30,270 nucleotides of DNA from a bacterium (GCA_041497675.1 JBGQGY010000032.1:1-30270); one strand, 5' to 3'; shown: positions 1 to 9,997, counted from the stretch's first letter. A program made the numbers and translations. The notes: generated by a model not told the origin, from the sequence alone.

Positions 1-1
1 C

Positions 2-289
2 TACGGCCCCCACTGCACGGTCGTCACCGAGGAACTCGAGCGGGCCTCGTTCAGCCCCGGGATGCGCGAACAGGTCGAAGTCATCGACTGTTTTCACATG
101 CCCTTCGAGCAGAAGTGGGGATATGTCGAGGAAGACCGGCTGTTTGTCGACGCGGTGCTGGGTGAACGGCCGCCGGCGGTCACGGCAGAGGACGGGTATC
201 GCGCGACCGAGCTGGTCGAGGCCGTCTACCTGGCCGCGCGCACGGGGCAGACGATTCAGCTGCCAGTGCCCGAACCCCCGGGCGCGTGA
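2..289 (+). CDS. Gfo/Idh/MocA family oxidoreductase, C-terminal part (5'-truncated by the window edge)
   Basis: Frame is open from position 2 (YGPHCTVVTEELERASFSPGMREQ...). The C-terminus 'FVDAVLGERPPAVTAEDGYRATELVEAVYLAARTGQTIQLP' matches the typical Gfo/Idh/MocA tail. Stop overlaps the next start (GTGA). Confidence 0.75.
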   Translation, partial: YGPHCTVVTEELERASFSPGMREQVEVIDCFHMPFEQKWGYVEEDRLFVDAVLGERPPAVTAEDGYRATELVEAVYLAARTGQTIQLPVPEPPGA

Positions 290-1107
290 GCGTACGCGTG
301 ACGTATCGGTTGCTCGTCGTCGACATCGACGGCACATTGGTTAACACCCGACGCGAGATCACGCCAGAGGTGCGTGAGGCCGTCCGTCACGCCCAAACGC
401 GCGGGGTCAGGGTGTGTCTGGCCACAGGAAGGATCTGGCCGTCGGCGCGGCAATTCGTCGAGGGTCTGGGAGCCGACCCGCCGGCGATCCTCTATAACGG
501 TGGCATGGTCTACGACTTCACACGCGGCGACGTCTGGCTGCGGGTCCCGCTGCCGATCCGGCACGCGAAGGATGTCCTGCAGATTCTCCGGCGGCACCCG
601 GCGGCGCAGCCTCACCTGTACGTGGACGATCACGTCTACATTCCCGCGATGAACGAGACCACGGCGATCTACCAGCGGAAAGACAGTATCCGCACAGAGG
701 TCATCGGCGACCTGGCCGACTGGTTGACCGTCGACCCGATGAAGATCCTGATCATCGGGGAGCGGCCCGCGCTCGAGGCCGTCGTGCGCGAGATCGATGG
801 GTTGCCCTACCGGGTCAACTACGTCTTTTCAGAAGTGACCTATCTGGAAATCCTCCCGCCGGGCGTCGACAAGGGCACGGCGCTCCGGGTCGTGGCCGGT
901 CGTCTCAACATCCCACCCGAGGCGATCATCGCGGTGGGTGACAACCTCAACGATCTGGCGATGATCGAGTACGCGGGCGTCGGGGTGGCGATGGGGAACG
1001 CCCCCGAGGCGCTGCGCGCGCGGGCGAATTTCGTGGCGCCCAGCAACGACGAACACGGCCTGCAGGACGTGATCGAGCGGTTCATCCTGACCCCGGGGGC
1101 CGGGTGA
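286..1107 (+). CDS. Cof-type HAD-IIB family hydrolase (phosphatase)
   Basis: Motif I 'VVDIDGTL', motif II 'ATGR', cap 'YNGG', motif III/IV 'EILPPGVDKG...AVGDNLNDLAMIEYAGVGVAMGNA'. Confidence 0.95.
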   Translation: MSVRVTYRLLVVDIDGTLVNTRREITPEVREAVRHAQTRGVRVCLATGRIWPSARQFVEGLGADPPAILYNGGMVYDFTRGDVWLRVPLPIRHAKDVLQILRRHPAAQPHLYVDDHVYIPAMNETTAIYQRKDSIRTEVIGDLADWLTVDPMKILIIGERPALEAVVREIDGLPYRVNYVFSEVTYLEILPPGVDKGTALRVVAGRLNIPPEAIIAVGDNLNDLAMIEYAGVGVAMGNAPEALRARANFVAPSNDEHGLQDVIERFILTPGAG

Positions 1108-1189
1108 ACTGCATGTCAAGGAGCGAGGGGACGGAGGGGTACGGCGCGAAAGCAGTGGAGACCAGGCTCACATCCAAGGGGGGAAGAGC

Positions 1190-2212
1190 ATGAAGCGCTT
1201 CGTCGTCACGATCCTCCTGTTGGGTCTGATGGTGACCGGGCTCGGCGCCATTGGTCAGGCCCAGCAGACGAAGATCGTCGTGTATTCCGCGTTGGCAGAC
1301 CTGGAAACCGGCCTCATCAACAAAGAATTCACCAAGCGTACGGGGATCCAGGTCGAATCGTTGAACGTCGCCGCGGCCGGGACCCTGGCGGCCCGCATCC
1401 AGGCGGAGAAGGCCCGGCCGCGTGCCGACATCTTTGTGGGTGGGTCCGCGGACATCCACGCCCCGCTCGCCGTGGAGGGTCTGCTCGCGGCCTACAAGTC
1501 GCCAGCCGCCGCGGACGCCAAGGTCAACCCGACCTACCTCGACCCGAACGGCTACTGGACCGGCTGGTACCTCGGGGCGCTGGGGATCATCATCAACACC
1601 GATCGCTGGGATCGCGACATGGCGCCCCGCCGCATCGCCAAACCCGCCAACTGGGATGATTTGCTCAAGCCGGAGTTCCGCGGCCACTTCATCATGCCGA
1701 GCCCGATTACAACGGGTGGCGGGTACATTTTTGTCGCGGCGCAGATCTTCCGCCTTGGTGAGGATCGCGCCTGGCAGTATCTCCGCGCGCTGAACGGCAA
1801 CGCGTCGCAGTACACGCCGACCGCGCCAGGGACCATCACGCTCATGGCGCGGGGTGAGGGTGTCGTCGCGATGCAGTGGGCGCACGAGGGCATCGGCGCG
1901 CGTCTGGCCGCCCAGCAGCCCCTCGAGACAATCGTACCGCCCGACACGGCGTTTGAGATCGGTGCGGTCTCGATCATCAAGGGCGGGCCCAATCCCGACG
2001 GCGCGAAGGCCTACGTCGACTTTCTCATGACGCGGTACCCGCAGGACATCAATGCCAAGTACGGGTTCCGCTATCCGGTGCGGGGTGATGTACCGGTGCC
2101 GATGGGCGCCACACCATTCGACCAGCTCAAGTTCGTGAAGTACGACCGGGCCTGGGCCATTCAGAACGCGACCCAGATCCGCAACAAGTGGCAGCAGGAG
2201 ATCCGCCGGTAG
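1190..2212 (+). CDS. ABC transporter substrate-binding protein, Fe3+/AfuA-like family
   Basis: N-terminal signal peptide (MKRFVVTILLLGLMVTGLGAIGQA), 'RIQAEKARPRADIFVGG', 'WDDLLKPEFRG', 'FEIGAVSIIKGGPNPDGAKAYVDFL'. Purine-rich RBS upstream. Confidence 0.92.
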   Translation: MKRFVVTILLLGLMVTGLGAIGQAQQTKIVVYSALADLETGLINKEFTKRTGIQVESLNVAAAGTLAARIQAEKARPRADIFVGGSADIHAPLAVEGLLAAYKSPAAADAKVNPTYLDPNGYWTGWYLGALGIIINTDRWDRDMAPRRIAKPANWDDLLKPEFRGHFIMPSPITTGGGYIFVAAQIFRLGEDRAWQYLRALNGNASQYTPTAPGTITLMARGEGVVAMQWAHEGIGARLAAQQPLETIVPPDTAFEIGAVSIIKGGPNPDGAKAYVDFLMTRYPQDINAKYGFRYPVRGDVPVPMGATPFDQLKFVKYDRAWAIQNATQIRNKWQQEIRR

Positions 2213-2241
2213 CCGTTTTCGGTTCGACACGATCATGACGA

Positions 2242-2280
2242 CGGGTGGCGCGGCGCGCCGTGACGGACGCCGCGCCCCCG
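2242..2280 (+). promoter_or_regulatory. GC-rich intergenic stem-loop between binding-protein and permease genes (probable mRNA-stabilising or attenuating hairpin)
   Basis: ggcgcggcg pairs with cgccgcgcc (9 bp), flanked by cggg/cccg, with no U-tract. This is a typical position for differential-stability hairpins in ABC operons. Confidence 0.5.
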
Positions 2281-2302
2281 CGTTCCAGGCCCGGCTGCGC
2301 GC

Positions 2303-3937
2303 ATGGCCGTAATCTCGTTGGGCCGGCTGCGCCGGCACGCCGCGGATCCGGGCGTGGCGGTGGCGTTTGTCGCGGCCGCCGTGGTGTTGGGCGTTTTCGT
2401 CCTCTATCCGACCTTTCGCGTCCTGAGCTTCCCCGCGTGGCGAGACTACGTGCAAATCCCGTCCAGCGGCCGCTGGGTGCAGGCGGCGCAGAACAGCCTG
2501 GTCATGATGGTCATCTCGACGGTGACGGCGACACTGGCCGGACTCTTCTTCGCATTCGCCGTGACGCGACCGGACGTTCCAGGCCGGCGGCTGTTTCGGA
2601 GTCTCGCGATGCTGCCCTTATTTGCGCCGCCCTTCATGGTGGCCTTTGCGTACATCCTCATGTTCGGCCGGCAAGGTCTCATCACGAGGACACTGTTGGG
2701 TCTGAACATTAATATCTTCGGCTGGCACGGGCTGTGGCTGGTGCAGACCGTCGCGTTTTTCCCGCTGGCCATGCTGATCATCATCGGCGTGCTCGAGTCG
2801 GTAAATCCCAGCCTCGAACACGCGGCGCGAAACCTTGGCGCCGACGAGTGGACGGTGGTGCGCACGGTGACGCTGGCCCTGGCCCGGCCGGGCATCGCCG
2901 GCGCGATGCTGGTTGTGGCGATTTCGGTCCTGGCCGATTTTGGCAATGCGGTGGTGATCGCGGGTGGCTACCCGCTGCTGGCCACAGAGGCGTGGTTCCG
3001 GCTCGAAGGCATGGCCGACCTCAAGGGCGCCGCACTGGTGGTCGCGATGCTGATCGTGCCCACCTTTGTGCTCTTCTTGCTCGAGCGCTACGTTGTGAGC
3101 CGTCGGTCGTATGTGACCGTGACCGGGCGGGGATCGCGGATCGAGCGGCCGCCGACGCACCCGGTGCTGAAGTGGACCGCCTTTGGGTTCTGCGCGCTCA
3201 TGAGCGTCATGGTCCTCCTGGTCTATGTCGGTGTGATCGCCGGGGCGTTCACGGCATCGTGGGGTCGCGATTGGACGGTGACGCTGGATCATTGGCGGGT
3301 CGCCGCCGACCGCATCGGCACCTTGTGGACGAGTCTGGAGGTCGGCATCCTCGCGGGGCTGATCACCGGCGCGATGGGTGTGGTGACGGCCTTTCTCACC
3401 TCGCGGCCGATCCCGCTGCGACAGGTGCCGGATTTCCTGGCCGTGCTACCCGGCGCGCTGCCAGGTGTCTTCGTGGGCGTCGGCTATGTGCTGGCCTTCA
3501 ATACGCCGCCGCTGGAACTGGTCTGCACGATCTGGATCCTGGCGATTGCGCTGGGGTTCTGGCACCTGCCGCTGGGCTATCAGGCGGCCGGTGCGACCTT
3601 CAAACAGGTCGAACGGTCGATCGAGGAAGCGGCCATGAACCTGGGTGCCAGCGGGATGCGGGTGTTGTGGGACATCTACCTGCCCTTGCTGGGCCGAGCG
3701 TTTGTAGGGGCGTTCACGGTGTCGTTTATCCGCGCCGTCACGAACGTCAGCATCGCGGTGTTCCTGGTGTGTCCCGGGACGTTGGTCGCCACCTTCGTCA
3801 TCATCAACATGATCAACAACAACAACTGGGGCGCGGCGGCGGCACTCACGACGATGCTGTTGTTGGTCACGGCCGCGGCCGTGGGGATCGCCGGCGCGGC
3901 GTTCCGGCGCACGGTGCGATCGATGCCGATGGCATGA
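2303..3937 (+). CDS. ABC transporter permease, FbpB/AfuB-like (two fused TM domains)
   Basis: Multiple hydrophobic helices and two EAA loops ('LEHAARNLGA', 'IEEAAMNLGAS'); 'LADFGN', 'SYVTVTG'. Confidence 0.93.
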   Translation: MAVISLGRLRRHAADPGVAVAFVAAAVVLGVFVLYPTFRVLSFPAWRDYVQIPSSGRWVQAAQNSLVMMVISTVTATLAGLFFAFAVTRPDVPGRRLFRSLAMLPLFAPPFMVAFAYILMFGRQGLITRTLLGLNINIFGWHGLWLVQTVAFFPLAMLIIIGVLESVNPSLEHAARNLGADEWTVVRTVTLALARPGIAGAMLVVAISVLADFGNAVVIAGGYPLLATEAWFRLEGMADLKGAALVVAMLIVPTFVLFLLERYVVSRRSYVTVTGRGSRIERPPTHPVLKWTAFGFCALMSVMVLLVYVGVIAGAFTASWGRDWTVTLDHWRVAADRIGTLWTSLEVGILAGLITGAMGVVTAFLTSRPIPLRQVPDFLAVLPGALPGVFVGVGYVLAFNTPPLELVCTIWILAIALGFWHLPLGYQAAGATFKQVERSIEEAAMNLGASGMRVLWDIYLPLLGRAFVGAFTVSFIRAVTNVSIAVFLVCPGTLVATFVIINMINNNNWGAAAALTTMLLLVTAAAVGIAGAAFRRTVRSMPMA

Positions 3938-3983
3938 ACCGTTCACACGCGCGGGAGGATCGAAATGAGCGGTAGGGGTATGG

Positions 3984-5570
3984 ATGACCAACGCTGAGGC
4001 GATTGCACGCGTATTGGCCGACGCCGGGGTCGAGCATGCCTTCGGCCTGCCGGGCGGCGAAGTCGTCGCTCTGATCGACGCGCTGCGTCGCGCCGGCATT
4101 CAGTTTCACCTCGTGGGCCACGAGGCCAGCGCCGCGTTCATGGCCGACGTCACCGGGCAGATCACGGGGCGTCCGGGCGTCTGCGTGGCGACGCTGGGCC
4201 CAGGGGCTGCCAACCTGGTCACCGGAATTGCCGGCGCCTATCTCGAACGATCGCCCGTGGTGGCGCTGACCGCGACGATCTCGGCCGAAGTCTATCCGTC
4301 ATTCACGCATCAGCGGCTGCCGCTCGACCGGCTCTTCGGCCCCATCACGAAGCAGAGCCTGGTGCTCGATGGAACCGATACGGGCGCGAAGGTGGCGGCC
4401 GCATGTGATCTTGCCCGCAGCGGCCGTCCCGGACCGGTGCACGTGGCGCTGTCCAGCGACCTGGCGGTCCGTGAGGTCCGTGCGGGGACGAGCGCCGCGC
4501 CGGTGGCCGGTGGGGCGAATGCCACGGGCGCGACGGGCGATCGTGACGCCGCGCTGCGGATGCTCCGCGAAGCGCAGCGCCCCCTGCTGCACGTTGGCGT
4601 GGGCGCGCGCCCGGAAGACGCGGTGGCCGTCCGCCGGCTCTTAGACGCGACGCAGTGGCCGTGGATCACCACTCCCAAGGGAAAAGGCGTCGTGCCCGAG
4701 ACGCACCCGCGCTTTCTCGGGGTCGCCAGCGGCATGGTGATCGACCAGGTGGTCGAGGAGACGCTCGATGCAAGCGATCTCGTCGTCGGCGTCGGGTTCG
4801 ACCCCGTCGAGTGCGCCGGATCGGCTTTCATCAAGCGCCCCACCGTCAACATCACCCGGTGGCCGACCGCGGAGGGCGACTACCGACCGCTGGAGATGGT
4901 CGGTGATGTCGGCGCGATCGTGTCGGATCTCGTGCCGCGTATGAAACCCCGCCCGTGGCCGGAGGATCTCCTGCGCGCGCGGCGGCAGGCGATCGTCCGG
5001 GAGCCGCGCCCGCGGGGCGGCGGGGGGCTGTCGCCGCTCGCGGTTCTGCGGGCGCTGCGCGAGACATTGCCCGAAGAGGCGGTCGTCGCCTGCGACGTCG
5101 GCTCTCACAAGCTGCTGCTCGGGCAGTTCTGGGTCACGACGGCGCCGCACACGTTCTTCATGTCCAACGGGCTGTCGTCGATGGGGTACGGGCTGCCCGC
5201 CGCGATGGCCGCCGCGTTGCATTTCCCCAACCGCCCAATTGCCGCGCTGGTCGGTGACGGCGGGATGCTGATGATGGCGCACAACCTGCCGTTGCTGGCG
5301 TCGCTGCGGCTGCCGATCCTGACGGTTGTCTTCACCGATGACAGCCTCAGCCTCATCCGATTCGCGCAGACCCGGCGCGGTCTCCCCGTCTACGGCACCG
5401 GGTTCGAGGCGCCCGACTTCACGGAGGTCGCCTCGGCCTGCGGCATCGACGCCGCCCGCGCGACGAGCCTCGATGAGGTGAAGGTACACGCCGGTCGCGC
5501 CCTCGGCTCGCGCGCGCCGTTTCTGCTCGACGTGCGGGTCGACCTGAACGAATACGACGATGTCCTCTGA
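3984..5570 (+). CDS. Thiamine diphosphate-dependent enzyme, acetolactate synthase-like superfamily, substrate unknown
   Basis: 'FGLPGGE', catalytic Glu in 'HEASAAFMA', 'TLGPGAANL', 'DVGSHK', 'SSMGYGLPAAMAA', ThDP motif 'GDGG...FTDDSL'. Confidence 0.9.
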   Translation: MTNAEAIARVLADAGVEHAFGLPGGEVVALIDALRRAGIQFHLVGHEASAAFMADVTGQITGRPGVCVATLGPGAANLVTGIAGAYLERSPVVALTATISAEVYPSFTHQRLPLDRLFGPITKQSLVLDGTDTGAKVAAACDLARSGRPGPVHVALSSDLAVREVRAGTSAAPVAGGANATGATGDRDAALRMLREAQRPLLHVGVGARPEDAVAVRRLLDATQWPWITTPKGKGVVPETHPRFLGVASGMVIDQVVEETLDASDLVVGVGFDPVECAGSAFIKRPTVNITRWPTAEGDYRPLEMVGDVGAIVSDLVPRMKPRPWPEDLLRARRQAIVREPRPRGGGGLSPLAVLRALRETLPEEAVVACDVGSHKLLLGQFWVTTAPHTFFMSNGLSSMGYGLPAAMAAALHFPNRPIAALVGDGGMLMMAHNLPLLASLRLPILTVVFTDDSLSLIRFAQTRRGLPVYGTGFEAPDFTEVASACGIDAARATSLDEVKVHAGRALGSRAPFLLDVRVDLNEYDDVL

Positions 5571-6663
5571 CGGCCACGTCCGCCTGAACGGCGTGACGAA
5601 GCGGTTGGGCGCCACGTTGGCGGTCGATGACGTCTCGCTCGACGTTCCCGAGGGGTACTTCATGACCCTGCTGGGTCCATCGGGCTGCGGGAAGACGACG
5701 ACGCTGCGCATGATCGCCGGGTTCTTTCATCCCGATGCCGGCGAGATCTTCGTCCGCCAGACGCGCGTGACCGATCTTCCACCGCACAAGCGCAACATGG
5801 CCATGGTCTTTCAAGAATACGCCCTGTTCCCGCACATGACGGTGCGCGAGAACATCGGCTACGGGCTGCGCATGCGCAGGGTCGGCGCCGTGGACGCCAC
5901 GCGCCGGATCGCCTCGGTGGTGGCTCTGGTGGGTCTGCCCGGGCAGGAAGATAAGTTCCCCATGCATCTGTCGGGGGGACAGCAACAGCGCGTGGCGCTC
6001 GCGCGCGCGCTGGTCGTCGAACCCGAGGTGCTGTTGCTCGACGAGCCGCTGTCGAACCTCGACGCAAAACTCCGCGTGCGTGTGCGGACCGAGATCCGCG
6101 CCGTCCAGCAGACGCTTGGCAAGACCACCATCTACGTGACACACGATCAAGAAGAGGCGTTGTCGATCTCGGACCGCATCGCGGTCATGAACCACGGCCG
6201 CATCGTCCAGCTGGGGACGCCGCGCGAGATTTACTATCATCCGGCCGACCGGTTCGTCGCCGATTTCGTCGGTCTGGCAAACTTTGTGCCCGTGGACGTC
6301 GTGGGTCCGGGCCGCGTCCGGCTCGGCGACGCCGTGCTCGACGTGCCCGGCGCCGTGACGGCCGGGAAGGCGACGTTGGTGGTCCGTCCTGAAACGATTA
6401 CCCTCACGGCGACACCCCCACAAGATGCCGGCCGGCCGGTGCTGCGCGGGCGGATCAAGACCAGCGCCTTCCTCGGGGTGATGGCCCGGTACTGGGTGGA
6501 GGCCCTCGGGATGGAGTGGATCATCGATCAGCCCGCCCCGGGTGAGGGGATGTTTAGCGGCGAGGTCTCTCTGGTTTTGTCCCCAGACCGGATGCACGTC
6601 CTCTCGGCCGACCGCGCCACCGCTTCGGAAGAGGGGGAACCGCCCGGCCGCACCGTATCTTAG
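5560..6663 (+). CDS. ABC transporter ATP-binding protein (PotA/FbpC-like, C-terminal TOBE)
   Basis: Walker A GPSGCGKT, Q-loop VFQ, signature LSGGQQQR, Walker B LLLDEP, H-loop VTHD. Confidence 0.95.
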   Translation: MSSDGHVRLNGVTKRLGATLAVDDVSLDVPEGYFMTLLGPSGCGKTTTLRMIAGFFHPDAGEIFVRQTRVTDLPPHKRNMAMVFQEYALFPHMTVRENIGYGLRMRRVGAVDATRRIASVVALVGLPGQEDKFPMHLSGGQQQRVALARALVVEPEVLLLDEPLSNLDAKLRVRVRTEIRAVQQTLGKTTIYVTHDQEEALSISDRIAVMNHGRIVQLGTPREIYYHPADRFVADFVGLANFVPVDVVGPGRVRLGDAVLDVPGAVTAGKATLVVRPETITLTATPPQDAGRPVLRGRIKTSAFLGVMARYWVEALGMEWIIDQPAPGEGMFSGEVSLVLSPDRMHVLSADRATASEEGEPPGRTVS

Positions 6664-6720
6664 CCATGATGCACGGGCGCGCCCCATGCGTGGCGCGTCT
6701 AACTCAGGGAGGTGGATTGC

Positions 6721-7743
6721 GTGAAACGCGTGATGCTCATCTGCCTGGTGCTGGCGCTGGCCGCCATCGGCTCCGCCAACGCCGGGCCCGCCGCCGGCCG
6801 CGTGGTGGTCATGTGCGGACCGAACGTGGAGTGGTGCGATACGATCAAGGCGCACTTCCCGAAAGACACCGGGATCGCGCTCGACTTCGTGCGCATGAGC
6901 GCCGGCGAATCGTTGGCGCGGCTGCGCGCCGAGAAGGCGAACCCGGTGTTCGACGTGTGGTTTGGGGGCACAGGCGATCCCCACTACGTGGCGGCCCTCG
7001 AAGGGGTGACGGAGTTCTATCGGCCCAAGGCCTGGAACGACGTCCGTCCAGAACTGCGGGACGCCGTCGGCGGCAAGTACATCCCGCTGTACGCCGGTCT
7101 TCTCGGTTGGGCGATCAACGGCCGGCTGCTGCGCGAGAAAAATCTGCCGGAACCCAAGACCTGGGAGAATCTGGCCGATCCGCGGTACCGCGGCCTGATC
7201 GCCTACGCGAACCCGAATACGTCCGGCACCTCCTATACGATGCTGGCCACGATGGTCCAGGTCTACGGGGAGGACAAGACGTTTGACATCCTCAAGCGTG
7301 CGCATCGGAACGTCGCCGAGTACACGCAGGCGGGGGCGGCGCCGGCGACCCTGGCGGGGCGCGGTGAGATTGCCGTCGGCGTCGTCTTCGTGCACGATGC
7401 GATCGGCGCCATTCTCAACGGCTTCCCCCTGACCTACGGGGCATCCACGGACGGAACCGGCTTTGAGATCGGCGGGATCAGCCTGATCAAGGGAGCGCCC
7501 AACCGGGTGAATGCCATGGCGTTCATCGATTGGGCCCTGACCCCCGAAGCGCAGTTGCTGGCGGCATCCGAGGGGAAGTCGTATCAGATCCCATCAAACT
7601 CCAAGACGGCGGTGCCGAAGGTCTCGCCGCGGTTCCAGGACTTCAAAGTCATCAAGTATGACTTCGTGAAATACGGGACTCCCGCGGTCCGGGACGCTCT
7701 TGTGAAGCGGTGGACGACGGAGGTGTTCCCACTGCCGAAGTAG
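6721..7743 (+). CDS. ABC transporter substrate-binding protein, AfuA-like (possible sugar-phosphate binder)
   Basis: GTG start at 6721 after gggagg; signal peptide; 'RLRAEKANPVFDVWFGGTGDPH', 'NPNTSGTSYT', 'FVHD', 'GTGFEIGGISLIKGA'. Confidence 0.92.
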   Translation: MKRVMLICLVLALAAIGSANAGPAAGRVVVMCGPNVEWCDTIKAHFPKDTGIALDFVRMSAGESLARLRAEKANPVFDVWFGGTGDPHYVAALEGVTEFYRPKAWNDVRPELRDAVGGKYIPLYAGLLGWAINGRLLREKNLPEPKTWENLADPRYRGLIAYANPNTSGTSYTMLATMVQVYGEDKTFDILKRAHRNVAEYTQAGAAPATLAGRGEIAVGVVFVHDAIGAILNGFPLTYGASTDGTGFEIGGISLIKGAPNRVNAMAFIDWALTPEAQLLAASEGKSYQIPSNSKTAVPKVSPRFQDFKVIKYDFVKYGTPAVRDALVKRWTTEVFPLPK

Positions 7744-7750
7744 ACGGCAT

Positions 7751-9973
7751 ATGGCGCGGGCGACCGTCGCGATCTCCAGGCCCCTCACGGGAGTCAACAC
7801 CACCCTCGTCGTCTGGGGAAGCATGACGCTTGTCGGCGCCCTGCTGCTTCCGTGGGCCCGCGTGGGGCGCGAACTTGCCGTGTTCGCGCCCCACAGCGTT
7901 GGGTTTGATCTCCTGGTGCGCGGGGCCAATGGCGTCTTGATCGCCATGGTCTGCCTGGCAGGGGCGGCTGTGCTGGGAGTCGCGCCACTGCCGCTCTACC
8001 GGCGCGGCCGGCTCTCGCTGCTCGCCGGTGTCATCGGGCTACTCGCCACTGTGGCGGCGATCTCCGCGCTTGGAAAGGCGATGGGTCCGGGTGCCCTGGT
8101 GGCGATCCTGGGATGCCTGACGGTGATCGGGATCGGGCTGGCCCTCGGCGGGTACGTCCACACCGACGCGTTCATCGCGGTGTGCATCGTCTGGTCCGCG
8201 GCCTTTGTCGCGGCCTTTGTGTTGTACCCGCTGTGGAACGTGCTCAAGGCCAGCGTGTTTGTGGACGGGCACCTCACGCTGGATTTTGTACGTGAGACCA
8301 TCCAGTCGCCCAATTTTCTGCTTATTGATAATCCGACGACACCCGACAACGAGGCGCGTGGCGCGCTGTTCGCCGGGGCGGCACTTACGGCGATCGTGGC
8401 ACTGGTATCGTGGCTGAGGACGAGGAAGATCCGTCCCACGCTGTTCTGGACCGTAGTCGGCGGGCTGATCGCGTTCGCGGTGAGCGCGCTCTACGTGGGC
8501 ATCGGCGCGGTGCGCAACAGCATCGTGCTGGCGCTGGTCGTGAGTACGGTCTCGACCGGGCTCGGGTTTCTCTTCGCCATCCTGGCCGAGCGGTCGCGGC
8601 TGCCGACGCGCAGGCTCTTCGGCCCGGTCTCGATCTTGCCGATTATCACCCCGCCGTTCGTGCTGGGTCTGGCGATCATCTATCTCTTCGGGCGGCGGGG
8701 ATACATTACGCACGAACTCCTGGGTCTCAACACCAATGTGTTCTTCGGGCTGCTCGGGCTCAGCCTCGCACAGGTGCTGGCCTACACGCCCATCGCGTTT
8801 CTGATCCTGCTTGGGGTGGTCAGGGCGCTGAACGTGGCGATGGAGGAAGCGGCCGAAACGCTGGGCGCCAATCGATGGTACATTCTCCGCACGGTGATCT
8901 GGCCGCTTGCGCGCCCCGGGCTGGCGAACTCGTTTCTTCTGGTGGCCATCGAGAGCCTCGCCGACTTCGGCAATCCCGTCATCGTCGGGGGCGGCAAACC
9001 CTATCTGGCGACCCAGATCTACTTCGCCTACACGGGGGGCAGCGGTCCGAACGTCGCGGCCGTGTTCGGCGTCACCCTGCTCGTGATGACCCTGACGATC
9101 TTTCTCGCGCAGTACCTGTGGTTGGGGAGCAAGTCCTACGTCACCGTGACCGGCAAGCCCGGTCAGGGGATCGCCCGGACACTGCCGCCGGCGCTTGACT
9201 ATGCCGTGACAGGGATCTTCGCCGTCTGGGTCGTGTTGATCGTTCTGCTGTACGGGTCCGTGGCGATCGGGAGCGTCACGAAGCTCTGGGGCTTCGACTA
9301 CACGTTTACGCTCGATCACCTCAAGGGGCTGTCGCCCACCGGATGGCATGTGTTTCGGACGACGGCTACACTGTCGCTCATCGCCGCGATCCCCTCGACC
9401 GCCGTCGGGTTGATCATCGGCTATCTGGTCACCCGGTTCGTCTTTCCCGGCCGCAACGCGCTCGAGTTCGCTTCCATGCTCTCGTTCGCCACACCGGGGA
9501 CGGTCATGGGCATCGGCTACATCCTGGCGTTCAACACGGGTGCGCTGCTGCTCACCGGCACGGAACTGATCATCATCCTGGCCTTCGTCTTCCGGAACAT
9601 GCCGGTAGCCCTGCGAGCCGGCGTCGCGGCGATCACGCAGATTGACCGCTCCCTCGAGGAAGCGTCGACGATGCTTCGGGCGGGGTCGGCCACGACGCTC
9701 CGACGTATCGTGCTGCCCTTGGTCCGGGGCGCCATTCTGTCTGGCTTGATCTTCAGCTTCGTCCGGGCCATGACCGCGATCAGCCAGGTCATCTTCCTCA
9801 TTACGCCAAGGACGAACCTGGCCACGACACAGATCCTCTCGTATATCAACTACGGCGCGGTCGGGCTGGGGGCCGCCCTGTCCTGGTTGCTCGTGGTGTT
9901 CATGGCGTTGGTGATCCTGGCCCTCTATGCGATCTCGAGTCGCATTGGGGGCCGGCAGATGCCCACGTTCTAA
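7751..9973 (+). CDS. ABC transporter permease, AfuB-like, with extended N-terminal membrane region
   Basis: 740 aa; 'ILPIITPPFV', EAA loops 'MEEAAETLGA' and 'LEEASTMLRAGS', 'IESLADFGNP', 'SFATPGTVMGIGYILAFN'. Confidence 0.93.
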   Translation: MARATVAISRPLTGVNTTLVVWGSMTLVGALLLPWARVGRELAVFAPHSVGFDLLVRGANGVLIAMVCLAGAAVLGVAPLPLYRRGRLSLLAGVIGLLATVAAISALGKAMGPGALVAILGCLTVIGIGLALGGYVHTDAFIAVCIVWSAAFVAAFVLYPLWNVLKASVFVDGHLTLDFVRETIQSPNFLLIDNPTTPDNEARGALFAGAALTAIVALVSWLRTRKIRPTLFWTVVGGLIAFAVSALYVGIGAVRNSIVLALVVSTVSTGLGFLFAILAERSRLPTRRLFGPVSILPIITPPFVLGLAIIYLFGRRGYITHELLGLNTNVFFGLLGLSLAQVLAYTPIAFLILLGVVRALNVAMEEAAETLGANRWYILRTVIWPLARPGLANSFLLVAIESLADFGNPVIVGGGKPYLATQIYFAYTGGSGPNVAAVFGVTLLVMTLTIFLAQYLWLGSKSYVTVTGKPGQGIARTLPPALDYAVTGIFAVWVVLIVLLYGSVAIGSVTKLWGFDYTFTLDHLKGLSPTGWHVFRTTATLSLIAAIPSTAVGLIIGYLVTRFVFPGRNALEFASMLSFATPGTVMGIGYILAFNTGALLLTGTELIIILAFVFRNMPVALRAGVAAITQIDRSLEEASTMLRAGSATTLRRIVLPLVRGAILSGLIFSFVRAMTAISQVIFLITPRTNLATTQILSYINYGAVGLGAALSWLLVVFMALVILALYAISSRIGGRQMPTF

Positions 9974-9997
9974 GCTGAAGGCAACCAGGGGGCGCGC

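Noticed and set aside
3984..5570. Calling the ThDP enzyme ilvB or gcl
   Set aside because: There is no regulatory subunit or ilv context, and the sequence lacks the N-terminal pattern I associate with Gcl. Only a family-level call is supportable.
6675..6700. Hairpin gggcgcgcc/ggcgcgtct between the first ATPase and second SBP genes as an intrinsic terminator
   Set aside because: No U-tract follows, and short GC-rich stems arise readily by chance here.
5419..7395. 658-aa minus-strand ORF (likewise 1082-2455, 11126-12496, 19208-20551, 23659-25011, 24480-25805)
   Set aside because: All fully overlap well-supported plus-strand genes and show no independent motifs.
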